A stretch of 64,000 bases of DNA from the human T2T-CHM13v2.0 reference genome, Homo sapiens: assembly GCF_009914755.1 (NCBI RefSeq), contig NC_060929.1; one strand, given 5' to 3'. Positions 27,646 through 42,973 of this stretch are shown here, one piece after another; within the stretch, counting starts at the first letter, position 1, and every line of letters begins with the position of its first letter. Under the pieces are notes generated by a model. That model had not been told where the DNA came from and did not search any database. It worked only from the letters and a program-made list of their open reading frames with translations. The position numbers and the translations under genes are program-made.

Positions 27646-28629
27646 TAAAAGAAAATTTTTTAAATGCATGGAAAATATAGGAAAATAGCTATGTAGAAAA
27701 ACCATTGACCTTCATTCCCCCATACACATTACACATACATACACCTGAAAATAGCAGTTAACATTCTGGCAGCCAGGTCTTTGATCTTTCTCCTATACAT
27801 ATTTTTACACAATTGTGTTTTTAATATTTATATATTTTTGTAACCTACTTTTTAGTTTATTGCATAAGTGTTTTTCATAGCTTTTAAATTTAAAAAATAT
27901 ATATTTAATGGCTATCAGGTAATCTATCATAAGGATGTATCATAATTTAATTAACCTCTTATTGTTGAACATGATGATTTTATAAATGTTAAATAAACTT
28001 TATATTATGGATTTCCAATGTACATATTTCATCTTCTATCACTTTGTCTCCAGATACTATTAATTTCAAGATAGGAATAATTATTGGTGTTTCCCATTCA
28101 TTTAGTTACAATTCATCTCAGAAGCGATTTTTGTTTTGCTAAGAGATTTTCACTGGTCTTTTGTCCAAATTTCTTAGAATCAGTTAAAATCCCCTGAAAC
28201 CAGAAGTTATCCTCACATATTTTCCTGACTCTCCTGGAACTTCTATTGATTTTATGTGAGCCCACAAATATGACAGAGAAGCATATCAGGGAGCTCTGGC
28301 CCTTGGGAATAGTTAAGAGCCCACGGTACTCTGTGTTCCCATCTCTGCAAGGCCTGAGCAATATCTTGGTACAATTGATGAATGTGACCAAGGTGCTCAT
28401 TTTTTTTCCAAATGCTAAGTTCAATTCACTCTCACTTGTGCTCTCATTCTCTTTCTCATGCATTTTTAGTAGCCTTCCATTTAGACAATGCATAAAAGAT
28501 ACCTTCCGAAGCCCTTTTAATGGATCACACTTGTCATGCATGCATCCAAATGTACTTTAGAACTCTGTCTAGATACTATTGTGTGCCACAATTTAGTGAT
28601 GCATTTTTAATCTAATTCAAAAATATATT

Positions 28630-28796
28630 GGCCAGGCATAGTGGCACATGCCTGTAGTCCCAGCTACTTAAGGAGGCTGAGACAGGAGGATGGCTTGAGC
28701 TCAGGAGTTTGAGGCTGTAGTGCACTGTGATTACACCTATGAATGGCCACTGCACTCCTACCTGGACAATATAGTGAAAGCCAGTGTCTTAAAAAA
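28630..28796 (+). mobile_element. FAM (fossil Alu monomer)
   Basis: Single monomer containing gattacacctatgaatggccactgcactcc, the FAM-type gcctgtgaatagccactgcactcc segment. Flanked by aaaaatata on both sides. Confidence 0.85.
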
Positions 28797-28888
28797 TATA
28801 AAATAATGCACATATATATATATATATATAATTACTACAAAGTCTGAAACAACCTACACAAAGAAAAGCTTTCCAAGAAATTCCAAAT

Positions 28889-29540
<652 letters not shown>

Positions 29541-29683
29541 TCTGGTCTTATCTCTACTATGCCCCCAGCACAGTGGTTTGTAGAGGGATTTTACAATAAA
29601 AAGCACATCGAACAAATTGGATAAACTCAGATCATGCCTGCATTTGTACTTACTCTACTCAGGTGTCACATTGTTTTAATTGT

Positions 29684-29966
29684 TTTGTTTGTTTGTTTGT
29701 TTTTGAGATGGGGTCTTGCTCTGTTGCCCAGGCTGGAGTGCAGTGGCAACCTCCGCCTCCCGGGTTCAAGTGATTCTCCTGCCTCAGCCTCCAGAGTAGC
29801 TGGAACTACAGGTGCGTGCCACCATTCTTGGCTAATTTTTGTAGTTTTAGTAGAAATGGGGTTTCACCATGTTGGCCCAGCTGGTCTCGAACTCCTGACC
29901 TTGTGATCGGACCACCTTGGCCCCCCAAAGTGCTGGGATTACAGGCATGAGCCAACGAGTCTGGCC
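29684..29966 (-). mobile_element. AluS (Sg-like) with short internal deletion, (TTTG)n tail
   Basis: cctgaccttgtgatc is the 2-bp-deleted form. gcagtggcaacctcc lacks the gcgatctcggctcactg segment. TSD ttttaattgt (29674-29683 / 29969-29978). Confidence 0.94.
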
Positions 29967-30626
29967 CATTTTAATTGTCTACTTAAATATCCACCTCCCA
30001 CAGTTAGTGAAATCAGATCATGCTTGAATTATCTTTAGCCAGGTTTTCTAAAATGGACATGGTAGATAAAACCTACAGTAAAGACTCAATAAATATTTGT
30101 TGAGTGAAAGAAAGAATAAATCAATTTGTGTGTTTCTAGTTCCCCCTTAGCAGAGCACTGACCACATAGTTTTCAATCAATTGTCAATTGATTTCCTTTT
30201 ATGGTACAAAATTATGAATGTATCAACAAAAATTTTTAAAGTAGGTGTTCTTTTTCTAATGATTTGGCTTGATAATTTTAATATATATTCAATTAGATAG
30301 AGAATGTTCAGCAGCACCTTTTCAGAATTGGTAGTCACATCAACTTCCCATTTTGAATAATAGATGTAAAACATTGTCAAAAAAAAAAATCTGCAGTCCA
30401 GTCCAAGGTTCCCAGGAGGCTGACCCATGACAGGACCCACCCACTGATGCCCAGTGTACTTGAAGAATGCAAAATGGTCCTTGAATGTGTTATCTGATGG
30501 TCATTTTTCTTAGACACAAGGTGCAGCACATTACAAGATACCCAGAGGATAAGATAATGTTCCCAAACTGCATCCCTACAAAAATCTACAACCATTCTCA
30601 GAAAGGTAGACATTCTTCTTTTCCTC

Positions 30627-31022
30627 TCCTGAAGGGCTCAGTTTTCTTCCTTCAAAAGTCATAGTTGAGGTCCTCACCCCCAGTACCTCAAAATGTAGCT
30701 GTATTTGCAGATAATAAGGTCTTCAAAGAGGTAATTAAGTTAAAATAGGATCGCTAATTTAGGCCCTAACCCAGTATGACCATTGCCCTTATAAGAAAAG
30801 GAAATCTGGACACAGACTTGTGCATGCACAAATGGTGACATATAAAGATCCAGGGAGAAGACGGCCATCTACAGCCACGAAGAGAAGCCTCACCAAAAAC
30901 TAGCCCTGTCAACACCTCGATATCAGGCTTCTCAGCCTCCAGAACTATGACAAAAAAAATTTCTGTTGCTGAAGCCATCCAGTCTATGGTACCTTGTTAT
31001 GGTAGCTCTAGCAAACCAGTAG
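30627..31022 (+). mobile_element. MLT1B-like MaLR solo LTR
   Basis: cccagtacctcaaaatg, gaggtaattaagttaaaat, ccttataagaaaagga, gaagacggccatctaca, cagcctccagaact, ttgttatggtagctctagcaaac. Confidence 0.85.
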
Positions 31023-32137
31023 ATCTCCAGTGGGAACTCTCCATGTGACCCTCCTGCAACCTGCCTCATTGTCCGTGTTACAATGATGAGCTACTCGAGA
31101 CCTGCCAAAGGAGTTTATAAATGGCCTAGCAGGGATCTGAAAATTAACATCTCTGCCTCAACCAGCTTAATTGCCTCCTCCTTCTGCAGACGATCACTGG
31201 ACAGCAGCCCCTTCCTCTGCCTGGCCCTGATTATCTATCAGACAGTTACTGTTTTTCAGTCATAGCATTCAGTTGCAATCTATAATTATCTTGCTTTTTG
31301 CCTAACAAGAATGTAAGCTCCATGAGTTCAGAGTCCTGTCTAACTCCTCATGTCTGTATCCCGAATGCCTAGCACAATGTCCCCCAGAGAGTCACAGATA
31401 CTTTTGAATGAGTCTATTATTTTTGTATTTTGAATCTCCTAGGTAAGCACAAGCTCTTTTTTAAATAGAGCACAAGCTGTATTTTAATGCAAAAATAGAA
31501 TATTTTTTCTTCGTTTTCAATTCATGAAGCCTTTGGAATACGCAGTTGAGAGATCTAGACTTGACTTCTTTTTAAAAAAGCAAAAATGAAACCAGATATC
31601 CCTGGCTCCATGTGCACTAGCCTGCCTGACAGCAACAGTTCACAGTATTTTAAATGATGGAGGTTGGGCAAGGGAGGGGTTCAGGATGGGAGACCCATCC
31701 GAAGAGTGATGAAGAGTGATATTGCATTCAGAGGAGTGTTAAAAATGAAGCATGTGTTATAAATAATAAAATACACCCAACTGTGCATATTAAGTTGTAA
31801 TTCAATCCCTGGCTCCTTCTGACATTGATAAACCACTCATAGCTTCCCTTTCATGGTTCCAATGCCATGAGTGACTAACTTCTCTTAGTGGAACTTCTAC
31901 CTCCTTATTATTAGATGGAATCAGTTCTACATTATTCTGCATGTGTGAGAAAGAGGCAGTGAGAGCCACGCCACATCAACTGGACAACCAAGATTCTGCT
32001 TAAAACTACATTTAGCCAGTTATGAAGAGGTGAAAACGTACTATGTAAACGAGTCACAAGGCAGCAGTTGGAGCAAGAAAAGTTTCTGGATTTTAGGTTA
32101 CTTTTATCAGTTCAGTCAAATGTAAAAGAGAAGTGAA

Positions 32138-32438
<301 letters not shown>

Positions 32439-33665
32439 GAAGTGAGGAGCAGAAGATGTATACATCAAGTATGCAGGTCCTGTCACTACAATTTCCTCTA
32501 TTCAGTATTGACTTAAACATTTATTCTGAAAAAGAAACTGTGTTTTCCAGGTAGATAGAGGACGCCTGGACCACGGTGGAGGCAGTGCTGCTCTGGGTGT
32601 CCAGGCAAGCCCACTGGGCTGCTCTGAATTCCATGGGAATGGGAATGCCTTACAATCTTCAGCATAAAATGGCCCTAACAGCAGAAATATCTGCTACTGG
32701 TTCTCCCCATCTGACCAAGTAAATTCACTGGAATTATCTTCTGAAAATCAATCTTGCTGCCACTAGCTCCACTGTCACTCAGGGCTTTTCAGCCACGGGA
32801 GAAGCCCAGGGTGAGCTCTATGCCTGGGATCTGAGCTTGGGCAGGGGTTTCACCAGGCACTTGGAGAATAAACATGAGCTCACTCTTCCACCTATTCACC
32901 AATTCCTATAAAGCTCCAAGGTCTCCCCTTCCTTCCAGGTATCTGGTTTATTCCCTTGGGAGCAATAGGACATCTGCTGAAGCTACCAAGTGTGGTGGCT
33001 GGTTCTGCCCCAAAGCACTTAGCTAAATCAGGGGAAGGGAGTCTCAGCAGCTAAAAATAGCAATAGAACATTGATTTTTTTTCCTCATCCCCTTCTCCCC
33101 TTCCCACCAGTCACTTTCACTTCAGAATGTTTTCTGCTGACATCAAGATAGGGGACAATGTAAAAGAAGAGGGTCAGCAGGCAAGGAAGAGAGACAGAAG
33201 AAGAAAGAAAGAGGCAAACAGACACAATCTGGGACAAAAAATCCTAGACAGGTCAGAGCACGTTCCCCAGCACGTGGGCCAGCTGGGGGCCGTCAGTCCC
33301 TCGACACACGCAGATGGTCTTGCAGAAGCGTCACACAGCTCAAGCCAGCCAGAGCATCCTGAAATTGACACGCTGGATGGTCAAGGGCAGCCTGTGACCT
33401 TCATGCCGCAGCAGCAGGAAATCAGGCTCACACTTGGATTTTGGAGTGTGCTACTCTTCAATGAACTTTCGTCGAAAAAGTATCTGGAAGTGCACACAAA
33501 ACAGCTATTAACTAGAGTTTATCTCTGAGGGATGGGGTGGGAGGTGTAGGAAGGGATTTGGACTTTTGACTTTACATCTTCTTATAAAAATCAATAGAGT
33601 TATAAGTGGTTTTTACTTCTTTTGTGATTTCAAAGTTTTTCATAAGAAATGGTTTGCTAATACAA

Positions 33666-33976
33666 TTTTTTAAATTTATTTTTATTTTTAATTTTGAGAC
33701 AGACTCTCCCCTCTGCCACCCAGGCTGGAGTGCAGTGATATGATCTCGCTCACTGCAGCCTCCATCTCCTTGGTTCAAGAGATTCTCATGCCTTAGCCAC
33801 CCGAGTAGCTGGGATTACAGGTGTGCACCACCACACTCGTGTAATTTTCGTATTTTTGGTAGAGACGAGATTTCGCCATGTTGGCCAGTTGGGTTCGAAC
33901 TGCTGACCTCAAGTGATCTGCCTGCCTCAGCCTCCTGAAGTGCTGGGATTACAGGTGTGAGCCACCACACCCAGCC
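33666..33976 (-). mobile_element. Alu (Sz/Jb-like)
   Basis: Reverse-complement dimer. TSD ctaatacaatt / ctagtacaatt. Confidence 0.93.
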
Positions 33977-34213
33977 ACTAGTACAATTCTAAAATAAATA
34001 AATAAATATTTTAAAAAATGATTTCACAGGCTTGATCACATTTAATATTCTCCACAGACCTATGAGGTGAGCAAGGTGGATGTAGCTCAGGATTCAGTCC
34101 CCCAGCCTTGGGTTTGAGCCCTCTTTTCAAATCTACCAGATATGGAAACTGAGGGAGGAATTTGAACTGGTACCACAGATGTGATAATAGTACCCACTAT
34201 CTCAGCTTCCTAG

Positions 34214-34523
<310 letters not shown>

Positions 34524-35028
34524 TTAGATACAACACATTAACCCTTTTAAAAATGCTTGGCACTTGAGAAGCACTCAGTAATTAGAAGTCATCATCATTG
34601 TTCTTGCTATTATCCTAGTTAGTAGCATTATTATTATTATGAGAGAATTTTAAGAGCTAAGTCCAGAGCAACACAGCTAGCAGTGGCTAAGCAAAAACCA
34701 GAACCAAATTCATTTTATGGCCACCACATGGCAGGGGTTAAGCAGGACTGTTCGTACTACCCCCACCTCGAGTTTCAGACTGGAACAGGACAGCCGGAGC
34801 CCTCTCCAGAATCAGCCTCAGAGAGAAAGCCTCGTGAGAGCCATAGTAATATGGGCATGGGTCAGCTCAGCCCCAAATTCTTCCTGATCCAAATCACAGG
34901 TGTTTTGGAACAAATAATGCTATCAAAACAGCTTTTGGGGGGAAAAAATGTCTGTGCCTAATGGGCAAAGCCCAAGAGAAAGTTTTGAAGGAAAATTAGT
35001 ATTTATGTGGATAGACCTAAAATAACTA

Positions 35029-35322
35029 TTTTTTTTAAGACTTGATCTTGCTCTGTCACCCAGGCTAGAGTGCAGTGGTGTAATCACAGCTCGCTGTAGC
35101 CTCAATCTCCTAGGCTCAAGCAATCCTCCTGCCCCAGCCTCCCAGTAGCTAGCACTACAGGCACACACCACCAGGCCCAGCTACTGGCTAATTTTTAAAA
35201 TCTTTTGTAGAAATGAGGCCTTGCTGTTTTGTCAGGCTGGTCTTGAATTCCTGGCCTCAAGTGATCCTCCTGTCTTGGCCTTCCACAGTACTGGTATTAC
35301 AGGTATGAGCCATTGGCCAGCC
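35029..35322 (-). mobile_element. AluJ
   Basis: cacagctcgctgtagcctc and ggctcaagcaatcctcc. TSD taaaataact / taaattaact. Confidence 0.92.
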
Positions 35323-35789
35323 TTAAATTAACTTTTCACTAAAGATTTTATTTTTATTTTTGTTGCTCATAAAGAGAAAGAGCAACAAAAAAGTAGTTTG
35401 ACTATTCCTCAAGTCTTGTCACCAATTTAGTTTCAAAGCAATTCCAAAATTTACCAGTGTTTCATTGCACTTTAGGGTCCCTTTATTATTTTTATTCTAG
35501 ACAGTGTGATTGATTGCTAATCTTAACATACATTCATTACATCGTTCAGATTGAGGTCTAAACTATGTTTCAGATCTTCTCCGTGTTTCTGTTAGGGCCT
35601 TGAACAGTCTGCAACGGAGATTCACGGTGATTCTGCCTGACATCAGGCAGGAGAACTAGGGCACAGCAGGGAGGCCAATGGCGGGGGGGAACCACTGCCC
35701 CTCAGGGGGAGTGTCCTCCACTTGGAGCAAACTCCTGGTGCTCTAGTTCATTGTGGTTAGTGATGACCCCTGATGTTTGTATGGTGTTG

Positions 35790-35960
35790 AATTGTTTACA
35801 AAGCACATCCTTGTACATTATTCCCCACCATCCTCTCCACAATCCAATAAAAAACAAACATTATTAGCTCCATTTTTCAGCTCAAGAAACTGGACACTCA
35901 GCAAATTGAAGTGATTTTCTCGAAGCCATAAGACTAGTAAGGAAACACATGGCATGAACT
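35790..35960 (-). mobile_element. MIR SINE
   Basis: attattagctccatttttcagctcaagaaactggacactcag...gaagtgattt resembles the reverse-complement MIR core. Confidence 0.6.
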
Positions 35961-36015
35961 CCACATTGGCACCCTATCCTCTACACTTCGAATGTTGTTT
36001 ACACCTCTAATTCCT

Positions 36016-36046
<31 letters not shown>

Positions 36047-37772
36047 TCCATTTAACCTCTCCACGCTTCAGTTCCACCACCAACACACTCTCATGCCCCT
36101 ATACAATCCCCTCTCCAAAACTATGAAAGCTCAGGTAACAACAGGCAACAGCAAAATCACCCGATGCTTGTTGGAGTCCTGACAACGTTGACAAAGTCCT
36201 TGGCAGGCCCTTCTATTTTCATGATCAATGGTACTACAGCCAGAAACAAGCCTCGCTGGCTGTGAGCTGATCTCTACTGTGAAAATGCACGCACGGTGTA
36301 CACATTTGTTTATATTCTAAGCACTGAGGATGAAATAATTCTGCACCGTGTCCATTTTTGTGCTGTTAAGGCATACGGTTGCTTTGCAAGCAAAACAGTA
36401 GATCTTTCATTTGCCAGTGACATTCCACAAAGTGCTTATAATTCAGTGTTAGCTTATCAGCCGTCCAATCTCCCACTCCAGGGAATGTGTCAACCATCAA
36501 AAGGAGCAGAGGAGGTGTGCTGCATCTTAATGGCTTTCATTTCATCAGACTTACTTTCTTAAGGGCATTTAATCAATGAGGACAAGTAGTAGGCAGATTT
36601 TTAAATAAATGTGTCACTTTAGGTTAATCCACAGCACCGCTGAATATATTTGTTTATGCGACTCCCAAATATGTCCCTCTGTTGCTCAGCAGAATTGATA
36701 ATCTGTAAATCAAAACATGTTACAAGTAGTTTTAAACTATCCCCCAAGGAACAGCTTTATTTGACCTGCCTGAATGGGAGATGTCCAGGAGTTTCAGGTA
36801 CAAGGGTGTTGAATGTCAGAGCTGCTCAGAATGCCTGAGTGAAATGCCAGTTCCATTTACAACAAAGCTTTCTATTCATTCTTCCTTCCTTTCTTTCATT
36901 AGCCAGGTGAATGATGGGCTTAAAAAAATGTATTTGAAATGACAAAGAGCCTAGCAAAAAGATGGCAAGCTGGGAAACAAGGAGGACTGCAGGAATCTTA
37001 ATTTATTCTTTGGGCTACTATTAAATGCAGAAGGAAATAAAATTGAAAGTAGACTGGAATGATACTGATGGGGCTCATATCACTTTGCCTTGATTATACC
37101 AAGACACTGGCTTCTGTTTGTTCTCTCCACTTTTTGCGTCCTTAATGTGCCCCAGACAAACAGAAGGGCTGTAATTGTGTAAACTCAGGTCCCCTGTCAA
37201 ATAGAAATTTCTTTTGCCATCCGTTATCAGCTATCTGAACTGTCAAAATATGATTGTCACATCTGCTGGAAGTGTATTGGCCAGGTTGGGATGTGAATGT
37301 GGTGTTGTTATTTTAGATTGATTTTCTTAATGCTGGCCATAAGCGTGTCCGTGTGCAGGCTTGCGGATCCTTTCAGTCCTTTTAACAAAGCTTGAACTGT
37401 GTTGACATTTGTCCCCAGGCAGCAGTGTCCATTCAGAGTAGGACCTCTGCTGAGGCTTTTGTTGGAACCACTTAAATAATCTCTTTCTTCTTTCTTTTTT
37501 TTTTTAAACAGTGAGTGTTTACCAAATAAGATTGAGACTGTATGATCCTTTTGACACTGCAGCTAACAAAAGTTATTAATATTCTGTGGGCTTCAGAGCA
37601 AGAATCTATTTAATGGTTTCAAGAATCATTCAAATCCCAGGCACAGCCTTAACTACAGCTTTTTATAGATAGAAAAGGATATCCAGATCTGTATGTGTCT
37701 GTGACATTGCAGAGGACACTGGGGGTTGATGAAAGCTCACTGTATTATGTCTCTTTCCCCATTTCTTCACAG

Positions 37773-37832
37773 ACAGCCGGGGAGAAGATGGCTTTCCTGG
37801 ACTTGGGAAGAGTCATTAAACTGCCAGTGCTT
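37773..37832 (+). other. Candidate 60-nt internal exon (unverified)
   Basis: Branch-like ctcac (37736-37740), pyrimidine tract and cacag acceptor, CTT|gtgagt donor. The phase-0 frame is open: TAGEKMAFLDLGRVIKLPVL. Confidence 0.25.
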
Positions 37833-40476
37833 GTGAGTGAATATCACAAGAAAAGATGATGCGCTTCATTTTATTTTATTTTACTGAAAATAGTGACATT
37901 TACATAATGATGTCTAATCTCTCTTTAGGCCTAGTAAAGACTCTGCAGATTTTCAGAATGTTGCCTCTGCTTCCTTAGGGTGCCAGGACCTCAGAGTTTC
38001 TAAGACATTCAGGGAGAGGACCCCAGCCCTAGGTGCACCTATAAACATACATAATAGCCAATTTACAAGAGAGTCAGTCAGAATGGATATTCATGTGCCA
38101 GCTTGTAGTACAATTCAACTTTCAATTCTGAGACAAATTAAATTCATTCTTGTGCATCCTAGTGGTAATGTACAATTAGCTTTCAGAAACTGTAATATAT
38201 TTTCCTATCATATAGGAGTCTTTAGAAATTTCAAGGGTAACCTCTCCAGTCGCCTTAACAGTAATCTTAAGTGTGTATCTCCAAAGTTACATAAATCAAA
38301 CCATTTGGTAAACCGTGTTGTAACCTTTTTAAACGTATCTCCCTGTTAGCTTTAACATCATTATATCCCATTGTGATGAAAATGGACTTTCGGTATCCAG
38401 CGATAATGAAAATAGCCACTTTATGCGGTTTCTGCATGCAATTATCCAGGCTTTTCTCAGACTCTAGAGAAATCTAAGCTAATTGCTTTGGGACTTTTCC
38501 TACATTTCCATAAATTCTTTGTTAATTTTTTATGAGAAACTGTTATTGCAGTCGCCCTTAAAGTTCCCATTGTATTCAATAATGTAAAGAAGTCATTATG
38601 GAAACAGCTATTTGCTAGTGTCCCTGCCAGAGCTGGACGCCTTCTCATCCCTCTGTATTCTCAGGTGAGGTGGGAGGTGTTTTTTGTTTTTTTTTTCTCA
38701 CTCTTTTTTTTCTAATACAAATTTTTCTTCATCTGAGTTTACTCAAAGCCAATCTAAAAGCAGTTCTATGTGGTGCATGACCTTGTCATTATAGGACAAG
38801 AATTGAGTTTGCTTTATCTGACAGTTTGCTCTGGATTTGCTTTTATACCTACTCATCAACCCCAAAGACAAAGAACTCTGTTTTAAGTGATAGAGGAGCA
38901 ACTGAATGAGCCATGTTTCCCCGGGAATGCTCTAAAATTACCTTAGATGTTACATTTGATTTATTGATTGCTTCAAACCCAGAATCACAATTCCTCTAGC
39001 TTCCAATAAGCACTACCAAAGAGCACCTCAAACACATTGCCAAGATTTTCAGAGATGTTTTTCAGCCTGATTTTCTCTTTTGAGCTCCTGTGGGTACAAG
39101 AGCACGCCGTCTGGAACCACCAAGGGAAGAAAATCTTCCCTCTCTTGCTCTTAGGCAAGGCTATATTAAACAGAGTCAGACCAGCCTGGTGCTTAAGACA
39201 CTAAAAGCAAATACACAGAGAGGAAGAGAGATAAGCTTAGCTTTAATTAATTTATCTAGAATTAGCAATCAGAAAATATAAAAAGAAATCCTTCTAATTT
39301 CAAAATACTTGCAAAGCTTGTGTTTTACAGCTTGCACTTAAGTTTTATTTCAAATCACATGAGAGACAGATATCAATTCATCCATCTAAACTCAAGATTT
39401 GTGCAGGTTACTGTATGCATGCTACGCCTCGATAAAAATGACATGGAGAGAAGGCCAAAAATGTCACCTGAATTTGTCATTACTTTGGGCTTCTGAAGGC
39501 CTTCCTCTTTATGGGAAGGCAATGAGCATTGGGGAAGTTACTCTGCCACTTTCAGCCCACCTTGAGCTCTAGGTTGGAGGCTTTGGGTGACTGACTTCTA
39601 AGAAAAGTGCTTGCATTCCCTGCAGGTTATTGTCTCTTAAACATCACAGGAACTTGGCTATATTTAGGGCAAACCACACAGTGGTTACACTACACTCTTG
39701 GTTAGGGCACACAAGTGGTAAGTATAGCATAGACCTGCCCACATGTGCCTCAGAACTGACCGTTCAGAGTGTGAAAGCAACAAACTCTTCTTGACATGGG
39801 CTCTTTGTTATCCACGGGTAGTTTTGGCAGCCTGCATGTAAAAACTGCCCATTTGCAAACATGTTATACATCAGCAAATGACCAAGTGGATTTTCTCAAG
39901 TATCAAAACCCACTGGGAGCCATTCAAAGTGTATAAATCCATTCATGCTCTCTTAAGGAAAATAGAATACACAAATATTTTCACAAATGATACTTATTTA
40001 TTTTAATGAATGATATTTGTTTAAAATGATTAAACCTGCTGCTTTCCAGTCGTAAAGGCAAAGTTCTTGGACCCCAATGTCTCCCAGAAGCCTTCCCAAA
40101 GAGTAACTGTTCATTTTGGTAAGCAGTTCAGTAAACCTGTGTTAAATTAAAATGGAAACTAAAAGAGTAATGTCATTTGGAAGACTCTTGGTCTGCTGTC
40201 AGCATTTCTGAACACTTCACTTGGTACTGGGAAATCCTAAATGGTTCCCAATCTTTGATGGAGATCATCAAGGCACTGCTGGTACTGAAGATGTTCTAGC
40301 TTCTCACAAGTGCACAGACATGGCTTCAACCACACTTCTCTGCAAATCACAACTTGAAATTCGGTCTCCTCTTATCTTCCAATTGGCACTAAGCATTCTT
40401 TCAACAGTCTCATAAGCCATTTCTATCAAGAAGGAATTATTGTCTTTAACTATGGAAACGTAAGTCAGCTGCATTA

Positions 40477-40929
<453 letters not shown>

Positions 40930-41009
40930 CTATCACTTGGATATAAGAAAAGCTGGTTATTGAACAAGAAGATTTTTTTCTTAACAATAAAATTCACATG
41001 GAGCAGTTG

Positions 41010-41190
41010 CTGGCACATCAGCATTCCCTCATGTAATCCCCCTAACAATGTGATTTAGGAAGCATAATCCCCATTTTACAGGTGAAGAAACTGAAGGTCA
41101 GGGAGGTCACAGAAATTCCCCAAGATAACACAATAAGTAACACAGTCAGGACTTCAGCCTCCCCATCTCTAAAACTCATTTTTTTCCCAC
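41010..41190 (-). mobile_element. MIR SINE
   Basis: atccccattttacaggtgaagaaactgaaggtcag...cccaagataacaca. Confidence 0.75.
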
Positions 41191-41479
41191 CGTGTCACAT
41201 TCAAGGCTCAGCTCCTCCATGCCCTTTGACCTATAGCCTTGACCTATTGTAGGAGAATTGCCCACATGGTTGTTTGGACTCTCTCAGTATTCTACATGAA
41301 CTTCTTCTGTGGTACCTATAATACTTCACTGCAGTTTTTGTTTATGTGTCTGATAGACCATGAGTTCCCTAAAGACAGGTGTCTTGTCTTGTACATCTTT
41401 GTATTCCTGGCACTTACCACAATATCTGGCACAGGCAGGAATTTATTGAAAGATAACACTGATGTCAAATAAACATATA

Positions 41480-42110
41480 TAAAGACACTCAAGTGCTCAC
41501 GTAAATAAATGCAAAGTAAAGCAACAATGAAATTTGAGGGTTTTTTTAGCTACCATACTGGCTACTATGTTAGAACATTTTCTAACATTTAGTGTTTTCC
41601 AGGATGAGAAAAAAACAAGGACTCTCCTACTTCGTTGTTTAGCATAAAAATTAATACAAGTTTGAATAAATTGTTGGCAATACCTAGCAAAATTTTAAAT
41701 GTACGCACCTCTTCTAGACATTTGTCTTTCAGATATACCCAAAAAATAGCACAAATATGTGTACAAGAATATTTATCATAGAATAGTTTGTAATACAAAA
41801 AAAAAATGAAAACTTCCTCAATATCCTTAATAGGAAGCTGCTTAAATTGAATGATACATTCCTGTGTCAGAATACGACTATCTGATTGAGGGGCAGCCCA
41901 GTTGCTAAAAAAAAAAAAAGTTCTTTGTGTACTATGTACTGACATGGAGATAATATTTATATGTGTGGAAGTCTCCATAAAGTTATACAAGAAACTGATA
42001 GCTGTGGTTGCCTCCAGGGACTGGGATGCTGAGAGAGATTGAGTAGGAAAACGTTTTTCTTTCATTTTATATTCATAGTTATATTAATGATTTTACAACA
42101 CTCATGTATT
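41480..42110 (+). mobile_element. L1ME-like ORF2 end / 3' UTR fragment
   Basis: aaatgcaaagtaaagcaacaatga, ttggcaatacctagcaaaattttaaatg, gtggttgcctccaggga. Confidence 0.65.
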
Positions 42111-42249
42111 AATTTGATCATAATTATGCAAAATGTGGAATTTGATGAATGACATTATTGTTTTAAAGTCTGTAAAATGTTTGGCTCAATAAATGTCTAT
42201 TCCTTACACCAATCACCAATAATGCTTTAAGACACAATGTGATGTTCTG

Positions 42250-42480
42250 AGGAGCACCACAGGACTTGGGGGTGGAGAATCAAGAGTTTTGTTTCAAATC
42301 CACTACTTGTATAAACTTATGAAAATCATACTAAACCTATCAGCTCCTCGTTTCATCACCTGCACAACAGGCAAAGTATCACCTACTTCATATGATCACT
42401 GACAATGGTCAGTGAATGAATAAACAGAAAAGCTATAACTTAACACCCAGCATATAGTAGATCACTAATAATGATAATGA
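42250..42480 (+). mobile_element. MIR SINE
   Basis: ctcgtttcatcacctgcacaacagg...cacctacttcata...cagcatatagtagatcactaata. Confidence 0.55.
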
Positions 42481-42661
42481 ATGCTCTACGTGCTTTGTTT
42501 CCCACAGACAGTCACTTTATTTCTTAGCCTTCTTCCCATGGGAGGAGCTCAGAGACTTAAAAAATAGAAAGAAAATCTAACTAGTTAATTTTGATACTTA
42601 CAGTAGATGTGTTTAAGATCTGGAAATCAATGAAGGAGGACAAAGAAATAGCAGATTATAA

Positions 42662-42973
<312 letters not shown>

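Noticed and set aside
33127-33528. 133-aa ORF preceded by an acceptor-like tract
   Set aside because: It has low-complexity purine-rich content and no recognisable homology, and its 3' end runs into L1ME-like sequence.
36016-36042. Isolated poly-A runs (about A27 here, about A22 near 23732) as possible retrocopy tails
   Set aside because: No TSD, appropriately placed poly-A signal or upstream mRNA/SINE body is visible, so they are treated as simple repeats.
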